Part shown: positions 51,397-62,286 of the stretch, in pieces
Position numbering within the stretch: the stretch's first letter is position 1
How the letters are laid out: each line of letters begins with the position of its first letter
NCBI GenBank assembly: GCA_042408215.1
Contig: JAYFMW010000006.1
Location: forward strand, 992,001-1,056,000
Reading direction: 5' to 3'
DNA length: 64,000 nucleotides
Source of the DNA: Microcoleus sp.
Lineage (GTDB): Bacteria; Cyanobacteriota; Cyanobacteriia; Cyanobacteriales; Microcoleaceae
The notes under the pieces: model-generated
Databases searched by the model: none
Told to the model about the DNA's origin: nothing
What the model saw: only the letters and a program-made list of their open reading frames with translations
Translations under genes and position numbers: made by a program

Positions 51397-53124
51397 TCAA
51401 TACTTCCGTTCCTGCGGCTCAAACATCGTAATCGCCACCGGCATATAAGCCAAATCAATCCCCGTCGGCGAATAATAGGCCAGCGTATGCTTCAAGAAAT
51501 TGCCATCATCCCGCTGCGGAAAATCTGACCGCGAATGAGCTCCCCGACTTTCCTGACGCTTCAAAGCAGAAGTTAAAATCATTTTCCCCACAACGATCAA
51601 ACTCCGCAACTCCAAAGCTTCCACAATTTCAGTATTCCACAACTTGCCTTTATCATCCAAATAAACCTCCTGATATTGTCGCTCCAATTCCTCCAATTTC
51701 TGCAAACCTTCCTGCATCACTTCAGCGCTACGAAATACGCCACAATACTCAGTCATAGTATCTTGATACTGCTGCCGGATTTGATTAATTCGGTATTTTC
51801 CGGGACGCTCTAAAAGTGCCTGAATTTGCTCGCTTGCTTCCTTGATATACAACTGTTCGTCTACAGATGGCAACTTGCGATTTTGCACGTATTGTGCTAT
51901 GGTTGCGCCAGTAACTTTGCCGTAAACGACGCATTCCAAAAGCGAATTGCTGCCCAAACGATTAGCCCCGTGAACTGATACGCAAGCTGCTTCCCCCGCA
52001 GCAAAGAAACCGTCCACCAAACCATCAGCACTGCTGCGAACTTGCCCGCGAATATTAGTAGGAATTCCCCCCATTGAATAGTGAGCCGTAGGACGGACGG
52101 GCATGGGCTGATTTACGGCATCAATTCCTAACAAACGGTGGGCTTCTTCCCAAGCAAAAGGAATTTTGCTCATGATTTTTTCCCGTCCCATGTGCCGCAA
52201 ATCGAGGTAAATAAATGGGCCGCCGGCACTACCATCCACATTAATTCCTCGGCCTGCACGAATTTCTAAGGAGATGGCTCTGGATGTGATATCTCTAGGG
52301 GCTAATTCCATCCGCGACGGGGCATAATTCGCCATAAATCGATCGCCCTCTGAATTAATCAAATAAGCCCCTTCGCCCCGCACAGCCTCCGAAATCAACA
52401 CTCCCACCGGATACAAACCAGTCGGGTGAAACTGCACGAATTCCATATCTTCCAGCGGCAATCCCGCCTGGGCCGTCATCGCCAAACCGTCTCCAGTCGA
52501 GGCGTAATCGTTCGAGGTCGTGTTGTAAACCCTGCCGTAACCCCCCGTAGCGAACATCACCGCCTTAGCGCGCACGACCTCAATTTGACCGTCTACAAGG
52601 CGATACATAACTACGCCCTTGGCTTGTCCTGCTTCCAAAATCAGGCGGGTGACATACCATTCCTGATAGATGTGAACCCCGTAACGGCGCAGATTATTGA
52701 CCAATTCGTGCAGGATAGCGTGACCGGTTTTGTCGGCGGCGTAACAGGTGCGGTTGTGGGAATGTCCGCCAAAAGCGCGCTGGGCTATTCTGCCGTCTGG
52801 GAGGCGAGAGAAGAGGACTCCCATGTGTTCTAAGTCTATGACTACACCGGGTGCTTCGCGGGTGAGAATTTCGACGGCATCTTGGTCAGCTAAATAGTCT
52901 GAACCTTTTACTGTGTCGAAGGCGTGGGCTTTCCAACTGTCTTCTGGATCGACATTTTGGAGGCTGGAGGCCATGCCGCCTTGGGCTGCGACGGAGTGCG
53001 ATCGAATCGGGTGAGTTTTGGCAACTACAGCTACCTTTAAACTGGGGTCAGTCCGGGCAATTTCCACGGCTGCGCGGCAACCTGCTAAACCGCCGCCCAC
53101 AATGATTACGTCGTGTTCTAGCAT
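51397..53124 (-). CDS. sdhA: Succinate dehydrogenase/fumarate reductase flavoprotein subunit
   Basis: [38 protein letters not shown]. Confidence 0.95.
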   Translation of the reverse strand: MLEHDVIIVGGGLAGCRAAVEIARTDPSLKVAVVAKTHPIRSHSVAAQGGMASSLQNVDPEDSWKAHAFDTVKGSDYLADQDAVEILTREAPGVVIDLEHMGVLFSRLPDGRIAQRAFGGHSHNRTCYAADKTGHAILHELVNNLRRYGVHIYQEWYVTRLILEAGQAKGVVMYRLVDGQIEVVRAKAVMFATGGYGRVYNTTSNDYASTGDGLAMTAQAGLPLEDMEFVQFHPTGLYPVGVLISEAVRGEGAYLINSEGDRFMANYAPSRMELAPRDITSRAISLEIRAGRGINVDGSAGGPFIYLDLRHMGREKIMSKIPFAWEEAHRLLGIDAVNQPMPVRPTAHYSMGGIPTNIRGQVRSSADGLVDGFFAAGEAACVSVHGANRLGSNSLLECVVYGKVTGATIAQYVQNRKLPSVDEQLYIKEASEQIQALLERPGKYRINQIRQQYQDTMTEYCGVFRSAEVMQEGLQKLEELERQYQEVYLDDKGKLWNTEIVEALELRSLIVVGKMILTSALKRQESRGAHSRSDFPQRDDGNFLKHTLAYYSPTGIDLAYMPVAITMFEPQERKY

Positions 53125-53222
53125 TTTTTGAGTAATGTTGAGTGTTCTGCTGTACAGGTAATTCTGATGCACAAAAAAAATCCTGACGCAAAGGTAAGGA
53201 ACTTTTTAACTTTTGATTTTAT

Positions 53223-53322
53223 GGGACTTACACAAAAAACCCGGTTTCTGTAAAAAATCGTGGATACTCCTTTGAGGTATTGACGAAGAAACCGGGTTTC
53301 TGGCCTCCGGTGGGTAAGTCGT
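53223..53322. repeat. AAACCCGGTTT..AAACCGGGTTT palindromic repeat, copy 2
   Basis: GACTTAC...GTAAGTC ends with internal inverted repeat. Confidence 0.6.
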
Positions 53323-53354
53323 ATTTTATTGAAAATCAAAAATCTTGAATTGGA

Positions 53355-53669
53355 TTAGCCCACAGATGGGGCTGGTTTTTGACTGGGCAAATCTCCGCTA
53401 GCGGATGGTTTCGATTCGGTAGCGGGTTCTACGGCTGTGACTTCGATGTGATTTAGCAAAGTCGTGACAAACGCAAACAGCAAGAAGGGCAGAGACAGGA
53501 CTAAGATCAATCCGACGGTGGCTAAAGCGTAGATTTGACGGACGCTGCTCCACAAGGCGAGGGCGGAGGCTAGACTCAGGAAGATGACTATCAGCCAAAT
53601 AATGATTTGACCGTAAATGTCGCCGAAGGTCAGCGTGCATCTAAGGCGATAGTTGTGGAAGTTATTCAT
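53355..53669 (-). CDS. Two-TM hypothetical protein
   Basis: CTLTFGDIYGQII followed by two hydrophobic helices; GAGG RBS. Confidence 0.75.
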   Translation of the reverse strand: MNNFHNYRLRCTLTFGDIYGQIIIWLIVIFLSLASALALWSSVRQIYALATVGLILVLSLPFLLFAFVTTLLNHIEVTAVEPATESKPSASGDLPSQKPAPSVG

Positions 53670-53908
53670 TTTCGACCTCGCGAGGTTGCTATTAGGACTT
53701 GCGTGAAAATACTTTAAATTTACCAGTTTAGTTAGCCTAACTTGGTTTAACGGCGGTTTTAAACATTTTTATAGAAGTCGCAACAACACTTATAGATTAT
53801 TAGTTTGGGAAAAATCTACTTTGTGACCGATCGCCTATTTGGTAAAGAAATGTTAAGTTACATGAGGATAGAATTAACTTTCAGAGGGTCACACCTGTCT
53901 TTTTGCCT

Positions 53909-54628
53909 ATGTCGCCCGATCGCACATTAATGATTTCGCGCTCTTTCCTAGCCAGTTTGGGAACGCGGATGTTTTTGCACCGGGAGGATCGCATCCCGCA
54001 AGAGAGCCCGGTACTGGTAGTAAGTAATCACCGCAGTTTCTTAGATCCAGTTTTGCTGACGGCGGCTTTGGGTCGATCGATCCGCTTTGCTTGTCATCAT
54101 TACATGGGTGAAGTCCCCGTGGTTCGGGAATTGGTAACTACTTTTGGGGCTTTTCCCTTAAAGGAACCGGAACACCGACAGCGGCATTTTTTCGATCAGG
54201 CGACGGCCCTGCTGCAAAATAGGGAGATGGTGGGGGTGTTTCCAGAGGGTGCGGCACCGATGGTGAATTTTACTCAACCGACTACTGTGGGGAAGTTTCA
54301 GCGGGGATTTGCTCATTTGGCTTTGCGGGCTCCGGTGCGGGATTTGGCGGTTTTGCCGATCGCGATTTGTGCTTTTGAGGAACAGTCGGTGCGATCGGGT
54401 ATACCGCTGAGGTTGTTGAGTTTGTTCGATCCTTCGGAACCTTTGTTCGATCGCCCAGGATGGCATCCTGTGATAGTCTACAAGCGAGTTAATGTCTTTG
54501 TTGGTCGTCCTTACTGGATTACGGGCGATCGACAACAGCAATATCGAGGGAAACAAGCCAAAAGTGTTGTGGCTGAATTGACAGAACACTGTCAGGGAGA
54601 AATTGCAAAATTACTCGAAGCAGGTTGA
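53909..54628 (+). CDS. Lysophospholipid acyltransferase (PlsC-like)
   Basis: NHRSFLD (HX4D) and VFPEG. Confidence 0.88.
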   Translation: MSPDRTLMISRSFLASLGTRMFLHREDRIPQESPVLVVSNHRSFLDPVLLTAALGRSIRFACHHYMGEVPVVRELVTTFGAFPLKEPEHRQRHFFDQATALLQNREMVGVFPEGAAPMVNFTQPTTVGKFQRGFAHLALRAPVRDLAVLPIAICAFEEQSVRSGIPLRLLSLFDPSEPLFDRPGWHPVIVYKRVNVFVGRPYWITGDRQQQYRGKQAKSVVAELTEHCQGEIAKLLEAG

Positions 54629-54850
54629 CTGTTGACGGTTAACTGTTAACTGTTAACTGTTGTCATATTTCCATCTAAAATCTGAAATGTCTAATCGATT
54701 TGTTGTCATATTTCCCATCTAAAACATATAGCAACCGCCAAGACAGTTAGGACATTCTCAATGGCTAAAAATATGGTTGTGACGGCTTTTCCCTTCTTCC
54801 TTCTTCCTTCTTCCTGCTTCTATAATATCTAAAATCAGTTGAGTTTAATC

Positions 54851-55657
54851 ATGCCAAATTTCAACAACAAAGTTCGTTTCATAACACCAAAATCGCCGCA
54901 TTCAGATCGCCCTTTATTTGTATTTTTACCTGGTATGGATGGCAGTGGTATGCTGCTGCGATCGCAAATTCCTAAATTAGCCCAGGATTTCGACATTCGC
55001 TGCTTGGCTCTACCCGCTCATGATACACCCTGTTGGGAGGTACTCGTCAGGGAAACAATAGCCTTAATTGCAGCAGAAAAGGCCGCAGGTTGTCAGAGAC
55101 AGGTTTATCTATGTGGGGAGTCATTTGGGGGGTGTTTGGCGATGAAAGTAGTTTTAGAAGCTCCTCAATTGTGCGATCGATTAATTTTAGTCAATCCAGC
55201 TTCTTCATTCCGACAACAGCCTTGGGTACAGTGGGGTTCTCACCTGACTCAGTGGCTGCCGGCAAGCCTTTATCCGCTTTCGGTTGTGGGTTTATTGCCG
55301 ATGTTAGCATCCTTGGGAAAGATTGGGCGAGAGGATCGTGTCGCTTTGCTAGAAGCGATGCAAGCGGTACCCCAAAGCACCTCTGTGTGGAGATTAGCTT
55401 TAGTGCGATCGTTCGATGTTGACGAAAATCAGTTGCGGGCGATCGAACAGCCAACCCTAGTAATTGCCAGTGGTGCCGATCGGCTTCTGCCTTCCATAGC
55501 AGAAGCGAAGCTTTTAGTCAAGGTAATTCCCAATGCTGAAATGCTGATGCTGGCTAATAGCGGTCACGCTTGTTTATTAGAAACCGACGTTGACCTTCAT
55601 GGGATTATGGAAGCTCGCAATTTTTTGACAAATAGGTCATTAGTTATTAGTTATTAG
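54851..55657 (+). CDS. Alpha/beta hydrolase
   Basis: LPGMDG, GESFGG nucleophile elbow, D.LLP, GHACL. Confidence 0.9.
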   Translation: MPNFNNKVRFITPKSPHSDRPLFVFLPGMDGSGMLLRSQIPKLAQDFDIRCLALPAHDTPCWEVLVRETIALIAAEKAAGCQRQVYLCGESFGGCLAMKVVLEAPQLCDRLILVNPASSFRQQPWVQWGSHLTQWLPASLYPLSVVGLLPMLASLGKIGREDRVALLEAMQAVPQSTSVWRLALVRSFDVDENQLRAIEQPTLVIASGADRLLPSIAEAKLLVKVIPNAEMLMLANSGHACLLETDVDLHGIMEARNFLTNRSLVISY

Positions 55658-55812
55658 TCATTAGTCATTAGTCATTAGTTATTAGTCATTAGTCATTAGT
55701 CATTAGTCATTAGTCATTAGTCATTAGTCATTAGTCATTAGTCATTAGTTATTAGTTATTAGTTATTGGGCCTGGGGCATCGGGAATTGGGAATTGGTAA
55801 TTGGTAATTGGT
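55635..55812. repeat. Heptamer arrays (TTAGTCA, TTAGTTA, GGGAATT, GGTAATT)
   Basis: Directly visible; partly complementary CCCAATT/ATGCCCC block at about 55981-56030. Confidence 0.9.
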
Positions 55813-56032
55813 AATCACTCATCTCTGAAAAACAATCTTATCGGCATCAGCAATTACCAATTATATTATGTCCGGTCAATCAATTACGACTACAGTGGGA
55901 GCTTAAGGCTCGCGAGCCTTAAGCTCGCACTGCACAATAAAGATCGGGATTACCCGGACATGATGTTATCAATTCCTAAGGCCCAATTCCCAATTCCCCA
56001 TGCCCCATGCCCCATGCCCCATGCCCAATTAA

Positions 56033-56572
56033 CTAATTAAGATTCAGCCATTTTTGAGCATTAAGTCGCTGGACAACTCCAAAGACCATTAAATCTAGAG
56101 TAATCTTGCGCTCATCAATCAAAAAAGGCTCCAGCGTACTGGTTTTTGTCTGATTTTCAGCGCAAGAAAACGCTCTTTGACTTTGAATATTTTCTTGAGG
56201 AAAATACAAGTTAAATTGGCGCTGACCTGCTTGGAATTTGCCAACTACTTGCCAACAATCCCCAGCGGAACTCATGCCAGCCACGGGGATTTTTTGCTTA
56301 GCAAAACTGACGTCTAAATCCTGAACACCCTGCTTAGTCAAAGCAGTTTGTAAGGCCGGCAAATAATCTTGTTGCATAAATTCTGCAAACGGCTTGTCTT
56401 CAACAGCAGGAGCTTTTTCCTTTTTAGCTTTAGCTGGGGGCTTGTCACCGTCAGCCTTAGCGGCCGCTTTTTTTGCAGCCGGCGCAGGATTGTCAGTGCT
56501 GGGAGTGTTTTCAGCAGAAAGACTAGGAGTTTCGGCTTCGCCTGCTGCTGGATTTGTCGGTTCTTCTGCCAT
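56033..56572 (-). CDS. DUF2996 family protein
   Basis: EDKPF.EF, EPFLIDERKITLDL..FGVVQRLNAQKWL. Confidence 0.75.
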   Translation of the reverse strand: MAEEPTNPAAGEAETPSLSAENTPSTDNPAPAAKKAAAKADGDKPPAKAKKEKAPAVEDKPFAEFMQQDYLPALQTALTKQGVQDLDVSFAKQKIPVAGMSSAGDCWQVVGKFQAGQRQFNLYFPQENIQSQRAFSCAENQTKTSTLEPFLIDERKITLDLMVFGVVQRLNAQKWLNLN

Positions 56573-56604
56573 TGGTGCTTCCTTTGAAAAAGTGATGAGT
56601 AGAG

Positions 56605-56740
56605 GAGTCAGGAGTCAGTAGTCAGTAGTTATTTGTTGGTTGTTATTTGTTGGTTGTTATTTGTTGGTTGTTGTTTCTAATAACCAATAACTAATAACCA
56701 ATAACTAATGACCGATGACTACTGACTAATGACTGAGGAC
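56605..56740. repeat. Inverted pair of heptamer arrays
   Basis: GTTATTT/GTTGGTT and AGTCAGT units facing TAACCAA/TAACTAA/TGACTAA units. Confidence 0.8.
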
Positions 56741-56750
56741 TATGATTATT

Positions 56751-57638
56751 CTAAATCTCAGCGACAGCTCGTTCAATCAAACGGCGGGTCAAAGTTTGAA
56801 CACCAGTGTGTTCGTAGTAGTTGGTGCTCATATCGAGGAACGCACCCACATAGTCCACCTTATCAGCAGAAATCTCCACAAAGCTTTGCAAATGACTCAT
56901 CACGTTTTGGGGAGTCAAACCTCGATCGCTCACAAAAGAGCTCATCCAGCCAGAAACCGAGTTAAAGCTTTCCCCAATAAAGCCTAGCTGTCCCGCTGGG
57001 TTGCCGCCAGGAATCATGCTACCGATCGACTTAAATGCCGAATTCTCTTGCAAATCGCTAGGAGAAAGCTTGTTTATCCAAGACTGAGTGGCGAGGATAA
57101 AGTCCGGGCCCAGGGGAATCAAACCATCAAAGCAAACCAAAGCAGCCATCCGCATCAGAGACTCGCCGCCGTAGTCGCCCAAAGCCGAAGCAAAATCGCC
57201 GATGCTGTCGCCGGGAATGCCGTTAATTTGGCAAAAAGCCAGCAACTCAGTGACTAACTTCAAAGAAAGGTCGATCGTTTGAGCCTTTTCCGGCTTGGGG
57301 GTGAGATTGCCGAGGAACCCCAAAAAGGGAACATTTTGAGCAATTTTGTTAGCGATTGCGCCTGCACCCAAGGCGCTGGAGGCACTGTCGATCGTTTGGT
57401 AGAGCCAGAGAGCGCGCTGGTAGCCTTGAGATTTATCGTTGTAGAGGTAGATCGCCCGATCGCCAATTTGCTGAATCAGGTCTTCATCTGTTTCGCCAGT
57501 AACGGTGCGAATGGTATTTTCAAAACCAACTAAATTGTTCCACTCGCCGGGAACCACAAAGTCAAGAGCTCGCAGAGCTGTGACAGTGAAGCTGTCTGTA
57601 GGTAATTGATCGACTAATTCAAAGACGGTTTTGCTCAT
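56751..57638 (-). CDS. Hypothetical protein
   Basis: 295-aa ORF with AAGGAG RBS; downstream of the lipoprotein gene. Confidence 0.8.
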   Translation of the reverse strand: MSKTVFELVDQLPTDSFTVTALRALDFVVPGEWNNLVGFENTIRTVTGETDEDLIQQIGDRAIYLYNDKSQGYQRALWLYQTIDSASSALGAGAIANKIAQNVPFLGFLGNLTPKPEKAQTIDLSLKLVTELLAFCQINGIPGDSIGDFASALGDYGGESLMRMAALVCFDGLIPLGPDFILATQSWINKLSPSDLQENSAFKSIGSMIPGGNPAGQLGFIGESFNSVSGWMSSFVSDRGLTPQNVMSHLQSFVEISADKVDYVGAFLDMSTNYYEHTGVQTLTRRLIERAVAEI

Positions 57639-57772
57639 AAAAAACTCCTTACTGTTGAACAGGACTCAAAGGTATCACTTTTGGCAGATGGCAAAAGTCT
57701 CACAGTCTGGGTAAAGATTTGGAAACAAAGAGTCAGACTGAAGTCGGGCGCGGACTATGACCAGAGGTATTG

Positions 57773-58327
57773 CTATTTGACGTTAGCAAGGCCGCTGAGG
57801 TTAAATTTTGTCAGCCAATCTTCGCGATCGCTAGCTGAAAAAGAGGGATCGCGGGATTGAACTTTCACCTGGTAGCGATTGGCCACGAGGACCGCAGTGA
57901 TATTAGCACCTTGGGTAACAGCGGGATAGCCACCAATTTGCTTGGTACTTTGCTGAAATTTGGCCCCAGCCGAGGGGTTGCCGGCGATGTCGTTGATGGA
58001 CAGCATGGCGACATTTTTACCGCCTTTGTTCAACTTAGCTTCAGCAAAACCTGACTTTTCTTGAGCGAAGACGCGATCGAATCCGTCGTCAGACGACGGG
58101 AAATATTTATTTAATTTGTCACCTGCGACGGCCTTTTTGGGCAGGTTTTGATTTTGAGCAGTTGATTGATCGGCCGTTGTCTGCTTTGGTTTACCAGATT
58201 TTTGGGTGCTTTCCTGCTGGGCTTTGTCCCAGCGAGAGGGGGCCTGAGTTTGACCGCAAGCGGTGACGAGCAGCAGTACCGAGATCAGGAATGGAGCTAG
58301 GATTCTGCGCGCGAGGGGTAATTTCAT
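57773..58327 (-). CDS. Putative lipoprotein
   Basis: Basic N-terminus, hydrophobic core and VTAC lipobox. Confidence 0.75.
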   Translation of the reverse strand: MKLPLARRILAPFLISVLLLVTACGQTQAPSRWDKAQQESTQKSGKPKQTTADQSTAQNQNLPKKAVAGDKLNKYFPSSDDGFDRVFAQEKSGFAEAKLNKGGKNVAMLSINDIAGNPSAGAKFQQSTKQIGGYPAVTQGANITAVLVANRYQVKVQSRDPSFSASDREDWLTKFNLSGLANVK

Positions 58328-58650
58328 CGCTGTCTCTTGATGAGGGGGTGGACGATCGTAATTATCGCTTAGGATTTGGCAATTTGTCCTCTGGGATGGG
58401 ATGATTTGTCTCAATTGCAAAAAAACCTCTGCCGTGCAGGCAGAGGTTTTTTTGCAAGGTCGAGTTGAGAAGGAAGAAGACGGAAGAATTAGTTGACCGA
58501 TCAATTTTGGGAAGTCGGGTCAAGAAATCAAGTTTTCTGGTTTCCCGCAATCTCAAAATAATTTTTTCTGATTCTCGCTAGATTTATCTAGAGGCTTCAG
58601 ACCAATGATTCGTCAACCATCCAACTTCTGTCTTCCTTGGTTGGTAAAGA

Positions 58651-58767
58651 TTAGGCGTCGCTTTCAATATGGACAAACAACAAACCCATTACCACAACTG
58701 GCATTACCCAGGTAACTAGCGGAATCAAGATCCAAGGCAAAAAAGCAGCAGCGTATGAACCTGTCAT
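58651..58767 (-). CDS. psaI: Photosystem I subunit VIII (absent from the ORF track)
   Basis: Manual translation [45 protein letters not shown]; directly after psaL. Confidence 0.92.
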   Translation of the reverse strand: MTGSYAAAFLPWILIPLVTWVMPVVVMGLLFVHIESDA

Positions 58768-58824
58768 ATCAAATTCTCCCAGCTAAAGTTAGTGTGTTGC
58801 AACAGAGATATTTCGGAGTGCGGT

Positions 58825-59331
58825 CTAATTATTGACTAAGCCCCGGAAGATGGCATCGACGACATTAAAGTTTTCGAGTAAGAAATAGGCGGCAAAGACA
58901 CCACCCATTCCACCAACGAAGAAACCAGCGGTGAGTTGGCTCCAGCCTTCACCGGTTTTCAGGGCTTCGGGAGTCATTGGATTGGCGCTGGCGTAGGTGC
59001 TGTTCTCTTGGAAAGATACCAGACCGTAAGCAGACATACCTAATGTGCCGATTAGAACTAAGGCGATGGCTGTAATTAGTCCACCAAGATTAGCAGCTTC
59101 TGGATAGTCCCGCAGTGGTCCGAGGATGATTTCTGGGCCGACAAGGAAATAACCGTGTGCCAAGCCGATTTCTAGGCCCCGAACTAGGGGGGAGAGTCCT
59201 TTACGGTAGGCTGGCAAGTTGCCAATGAATGCTTTGGTAAAATCAGAAGCACTAATGGGAGTTGCTAGATGACCCGTGAAGGGGTCGCCGTTAAAGGGTT
59301 GAATAAGTTCTGCATTTCTGGAGTCGGCCAT
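58825..59331 (-). CDS. psaL: Photosystem I subunit XI
   Basis: GDPF.GHL.TP, NLPAYR.GLSP, RGLEIGLAHGYFL, GPLR. Confidence 0.97.
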   Translation of the reverse strand: MADSRNAELIQPFNGDPFTGHLATPISASDFTKAFIGNLPAYRKGLSPLVRGLEIGLAHGYFLVGPEIILGPLRDYPEAANLGGLITAIALVLIGTLGMSAYGLVSFQENSTYASANPMTPEALKTGEGWSQLTAGFFVGGMGGVFAAYFLLENFNVVDAIFRGLVNN

Positions 59332-59445
59332 ATTTAGTTTCTCCTCGGTATCAAAGAAAGTTGAGGCGTTCAAGTCATATTTTACGCAGGGACGTGTAGC
59401 GTATTTACATAATTGACAGCCAGCTTCAGAAAAGTTTACTTTTCT

Positions 59446-60159
59446 TTAGTTTTTAGAAGAATTTTTCCTTTTTCCTCTATACCATTCCCCAAGGCGATCG
59501 GGCGACACTCCGAGAAAATAAGCAATAATTACTATTTGATTGATGACCGTGGTTTTGAGTACCCCAACCTGTTGCCAGCGGCGGGCTGATGTCAGCACTG
59601 CTTGGGGCAATATTTCGATGCGGCCTTGTTTTTTCAATCGGCGCACCAAATCAAAGTCTTCCATGACGGGCCAGTCGGGAAAGCCGCCAATGTGGTTAAA
59701 AGTAGCTGTTTTGAGGAAAATGGCTTGATCCCCGTAGGGCATTTCCAGGAAGTGCGATCGGCAGTTGACCCCTTTTTCAATCAGTCGCAGGCTCAGTAAA
59801 GGGGCATCAATCTTGAGTTCAAAAGCACCCGCTACTATGGACGGGTTCGCTAGTGCTTGACGGGCGCGAGTGTCATAGCCGTGGGGCAAATAAGTGTCTG
59901 CGTGAAGAAACAGCAGGATATCTCCAGTTGAGGCGATCGCGCCTGCATTCATTTGGGTAGCCCTGCCTGGAATGGTGGAGATCACTCGATCGGCCTCATA
60001 TTTTGCTATTTCAACAGTGCCGTCACTGCTGCCGCCATCGGCGACAATGATTTCGACATTTTCGGCATTGCGGGCAGTGGAGATGACTTGGGCGATCGTA
60101 GGAGCTTCGTTTAATGCTGGAATGATAATGGAAATTTTGAGATTCGGAGCTTCTGGCAT
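59446..60159 (-). CDS. GT2 glycosyltransferase (TIGR04283-like)
   Basis: SIIIPALNE, DGGS.D, FLHAD, YGDQ, MED, TSARRW. Confidence 0.88.
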   Translation of the reverse strand: MPEAPNLKISIIIPALNEAPTIAQVISTARNAENVEIIVADGGSSDGTVEIAKYEADRVISTIPGRATQMNAGAIASTGDILLFLHADTYLPHGYDTRARQALANPSIVAGAFELKIDAPLLSLRLIEKGVNCRSHFLEMPYGDQAIFLKTATFNHIGGFPDWPVMEDFDLVRRLKKQGRIEILPQAVLTSARRWQQVGVLKTTVINQIVIIAYFLGVSPDRLGEWYRGKRKNSSKN

Positions 60160-60237
60160 ACAAAATCAAGAACACCGTTAGAGTCAGTTTTGTACAAAGC
60201 TTAAGCTGAAACCCTTGCCTGGAATTACCTCTTCCTT

Positions 60238-60371
60238 CTTCCTGACATCCGTTAAATGCGTTACAAAATCCCTTGCCGAACTTCCTGACATCCGTTAAAT
60301 GCGTTACAAAATCCCTTGCCGAACTTCCTGACATCCATTAAATGCGTTACAAAATCCCTTGCCGAACTTCC
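60238..60371. repeat. 43-bp tandem repeat x3
   Basis: Unit CTTCCTGACATCCGTTAAATGCGTTACAAAATCCCTTGCCGAA; one mismatch in copy 3; no spacers. Confidence 0.95.
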
Positions 60372-60562
60372 TTCTGCTATACTTGCTTTTTCTCGCGCCT
60401 GAGAGAATTCTCTCAAGCGCTGTCTAACCACTACTGAATTTCAGTATTTGGTTAGACAAATACATTTACTATAGTATGACCTTGTGGTTTCACAATCAAG
60501 TCATTTTCCGAAAAAAATGATGATAATTACTCATTAATCATCGCCTGTTAAACAAGTTTTAA

Positions 60563-61180
60563 TTATGGCAATATATTGATATCTAAACCGAGCAGATCCT
60601 CTGGTCGATCGATATCTGCAAGAGTAGGAAGATGGGCAAGATTTAGACCTAGCTTTTGGGCGATCGCTAGCGTATCAGCAAATACTTCACTGGTTCCCCA
60701 GTTAATCCCGTCGAACAATTCCGGTATCATGCGACCCTGGCCAATTAGATAATAACCTCCATCTTTTGCCGGCCCCAAAACTAAATCTTTCTCACTGAGA
60801 TCGTCAAAAGCTTTGGCAATAATCTGTTCTTTCAAATTCGGGCAATCTGTGCCGATAATTGCTACTTTGTCAATACCCAAATTAAAAGATTTTTGAAAGG
60901 CTGCGAGCATTCTTGCGCCCAAATCTCCGTCTGACTGTTGATGATAAAGAAGATCAGTTCCCAACCAGTCTTGCATGAGTTGCTGGCTGCTGCCTGTGTA
61001 GTGAATTTCTACGGATAATTGGCGGGAGTTTTGGAGAGATAGGGCGCGGGCGATCGTCCTTTGGGCCATCAGGCGGTGAAGGTTGGCGGCTCCTTCTTTT
61101 CCGAGTACGGGAATTAGTCTAGTTTTGGCTTTTCCCGGTGCTGGATAGCGAGTGAAAATAATTAGTTTTTCTGAAATCAT
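60563..61180 (-). CDS. DUF2064/TIGR04282-like transferase
   Basis: P.PGKAKTRL, GDLGARM, IGTDCP, GPAKDGGYYLIG, DID..EDL. Confidence 0.88.
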   Translation of the reverse strand: MISEKLIIFTRYPAPGKAKTRLIPVLGKEGAANLHRLMAQRTIARALSLQNSRQLSVEIHYTGSSQQLMQDWLGTDLLYHQQSDGDLGARMLAAFQKSFNLGIDKVAIIGTDCPNLKEQIIAKAFDDLSEKDLVLGPAKDGGYYLIGQGRMIPELFDGINWGTSEVFADTLAIAQKLGLNLAHLPTLADIDRPEDLLGLDINILP

Positions 61181-61254
61181 TGATCGTCCCTGATGTTTAA
61201 AGGAATGACTTAATTTAATCGCTGACCCCAACCAACCCTAGCATGAATTCATTA

Positions 61255-61317
61255 TTAACTGTCAACAGTCAACAGTCAACCGTCAACCGTCAACCGTCAA
61301 CAGTCAACCGTCAACTG
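61255..61317. repeat. (GTCAACA/GTCAACC)n heptamer array
   Basis: Directly visible after the nadA stop. Confidence 0.9.
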
Positions 61318-62286
61318 TTAACTCATTTCTAACATTCGCTGGATTGGCTTTAAAGCTGCTATTTGCAGATCTTGAGGCATGGTAATTTCGGGGGTTTGAT
61401 TTTTCATAGCTAGATACAATTTTTCCAAGGTATTCAATCTCATGTGTGGGCATTCGTTGCAAGCACAACTGTTATTGTTTCCAGGAGCGGGAATAAAGTG
61501 TTTGTGAGGTGTTTGCTTTTGCATTTGGTGAATGATTCCCGGCTCAGTCGCTACAATAAAAGCTTGGCTGGAACTAGCTTGAGAGTATTTCAGCAAAGCA
61601 GTGGTGGAGCCGATGTAATTGGCGTGGCGAAGTACGGGAGGTTCGCATTCTGGGTGGGCAATTATTTCGGCTTCGGGATTTTCGATTTTGAGTTGAACTA
61701 TCTTTTTTTCTGAGAAGTTTTCGTGGACAATGCAAGCTCCTTGCCAGATTTCCATTTTTCTGCCAGTTTGTTCCATAACGTAGCGACCAAGATTGCGATC
61801 TGGACCAAAAATTATCGGCTGATCTTCAGGAATTTGGCTGACAATTTTGGCAGCGTTGGAACTGGTGCAAATAATGTCGCTCATTGCTTTAATTGTGGCG
61901 GTACAATTAATGTAGGAAATTACTAAATGTCCTGGTCGCGAGGCTTTAAAAGCTGCAAAGGCTTCGGGAGGACAACTGTCGGCGAGGGAGCAACCTGCAT
62001 TCAAGTCTGGTAACAATACTAATTTGTCGGGATTCAGGATTTTGGCGGTTTCCGCCATAAAATGAACTCCGGCAAAAACTATGACATCGGCGTCGGTGTT
62101 GGCGGCTTTGCGAGCAAGTTCTAGGGAATCACCGATGAAGTCGGCGATGTCTTGAATGTCGGAGTCTTGGTAATAGTGGGCGAGAATGACGGCGTTCAAC
62201 TCTTGTTTGAGGGCGTTAATTGCTGCAAACAAGTCGTCGGGCAGTCTGGTTTGGGTCAGGTTTGGAGAAGGTGCGGTGATAAACAC
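61318..62286 (-). CDS. nadA: Quinolinate synthase
   Basis: LAHYYQ, GDSL.L, GVHFMAE, GCSLA, HPEC, CPHM. Confidence 0.97.
   Translation of the reverse strand: MFITAPSPNLTQTRLPDDLFAAINALKQELNAVILAHYYQDSDIQDIADFIGDSLELARKAANTDADVIVFAGVHFMAETAKILNPDKLVLLPDLNAGCSLADSCPPEAFAAFKASRPGHLVISYINCTATIKAMSDIICTSSNAAKIVSQIPEDQPIIFGPDRNLGRYVMEQTGRKMEIWQGACIVHENFSEKKIVQLKIENPEAEIIAHPECEPPVLRHANYIGSTTALLKYSQASSSQAFIVATEPGIIHQMQKQTPHKHFIPAPGNNNSCACNECPHMRLNTLEKLYLAMKNQTPEITMPQDLQIAALKPIQRMLEMS

Noticed and set aside
59400..59445. HLR1 (RpaB) site upstream of psaL
   Set aside because: TTTACA/TTGACA half-sites are present but the spacing does not fit
60238..60371. Possible CRISPR array
   Set aside because: The three units are contiguous with no unique spacers, and there are no cas genes in the window
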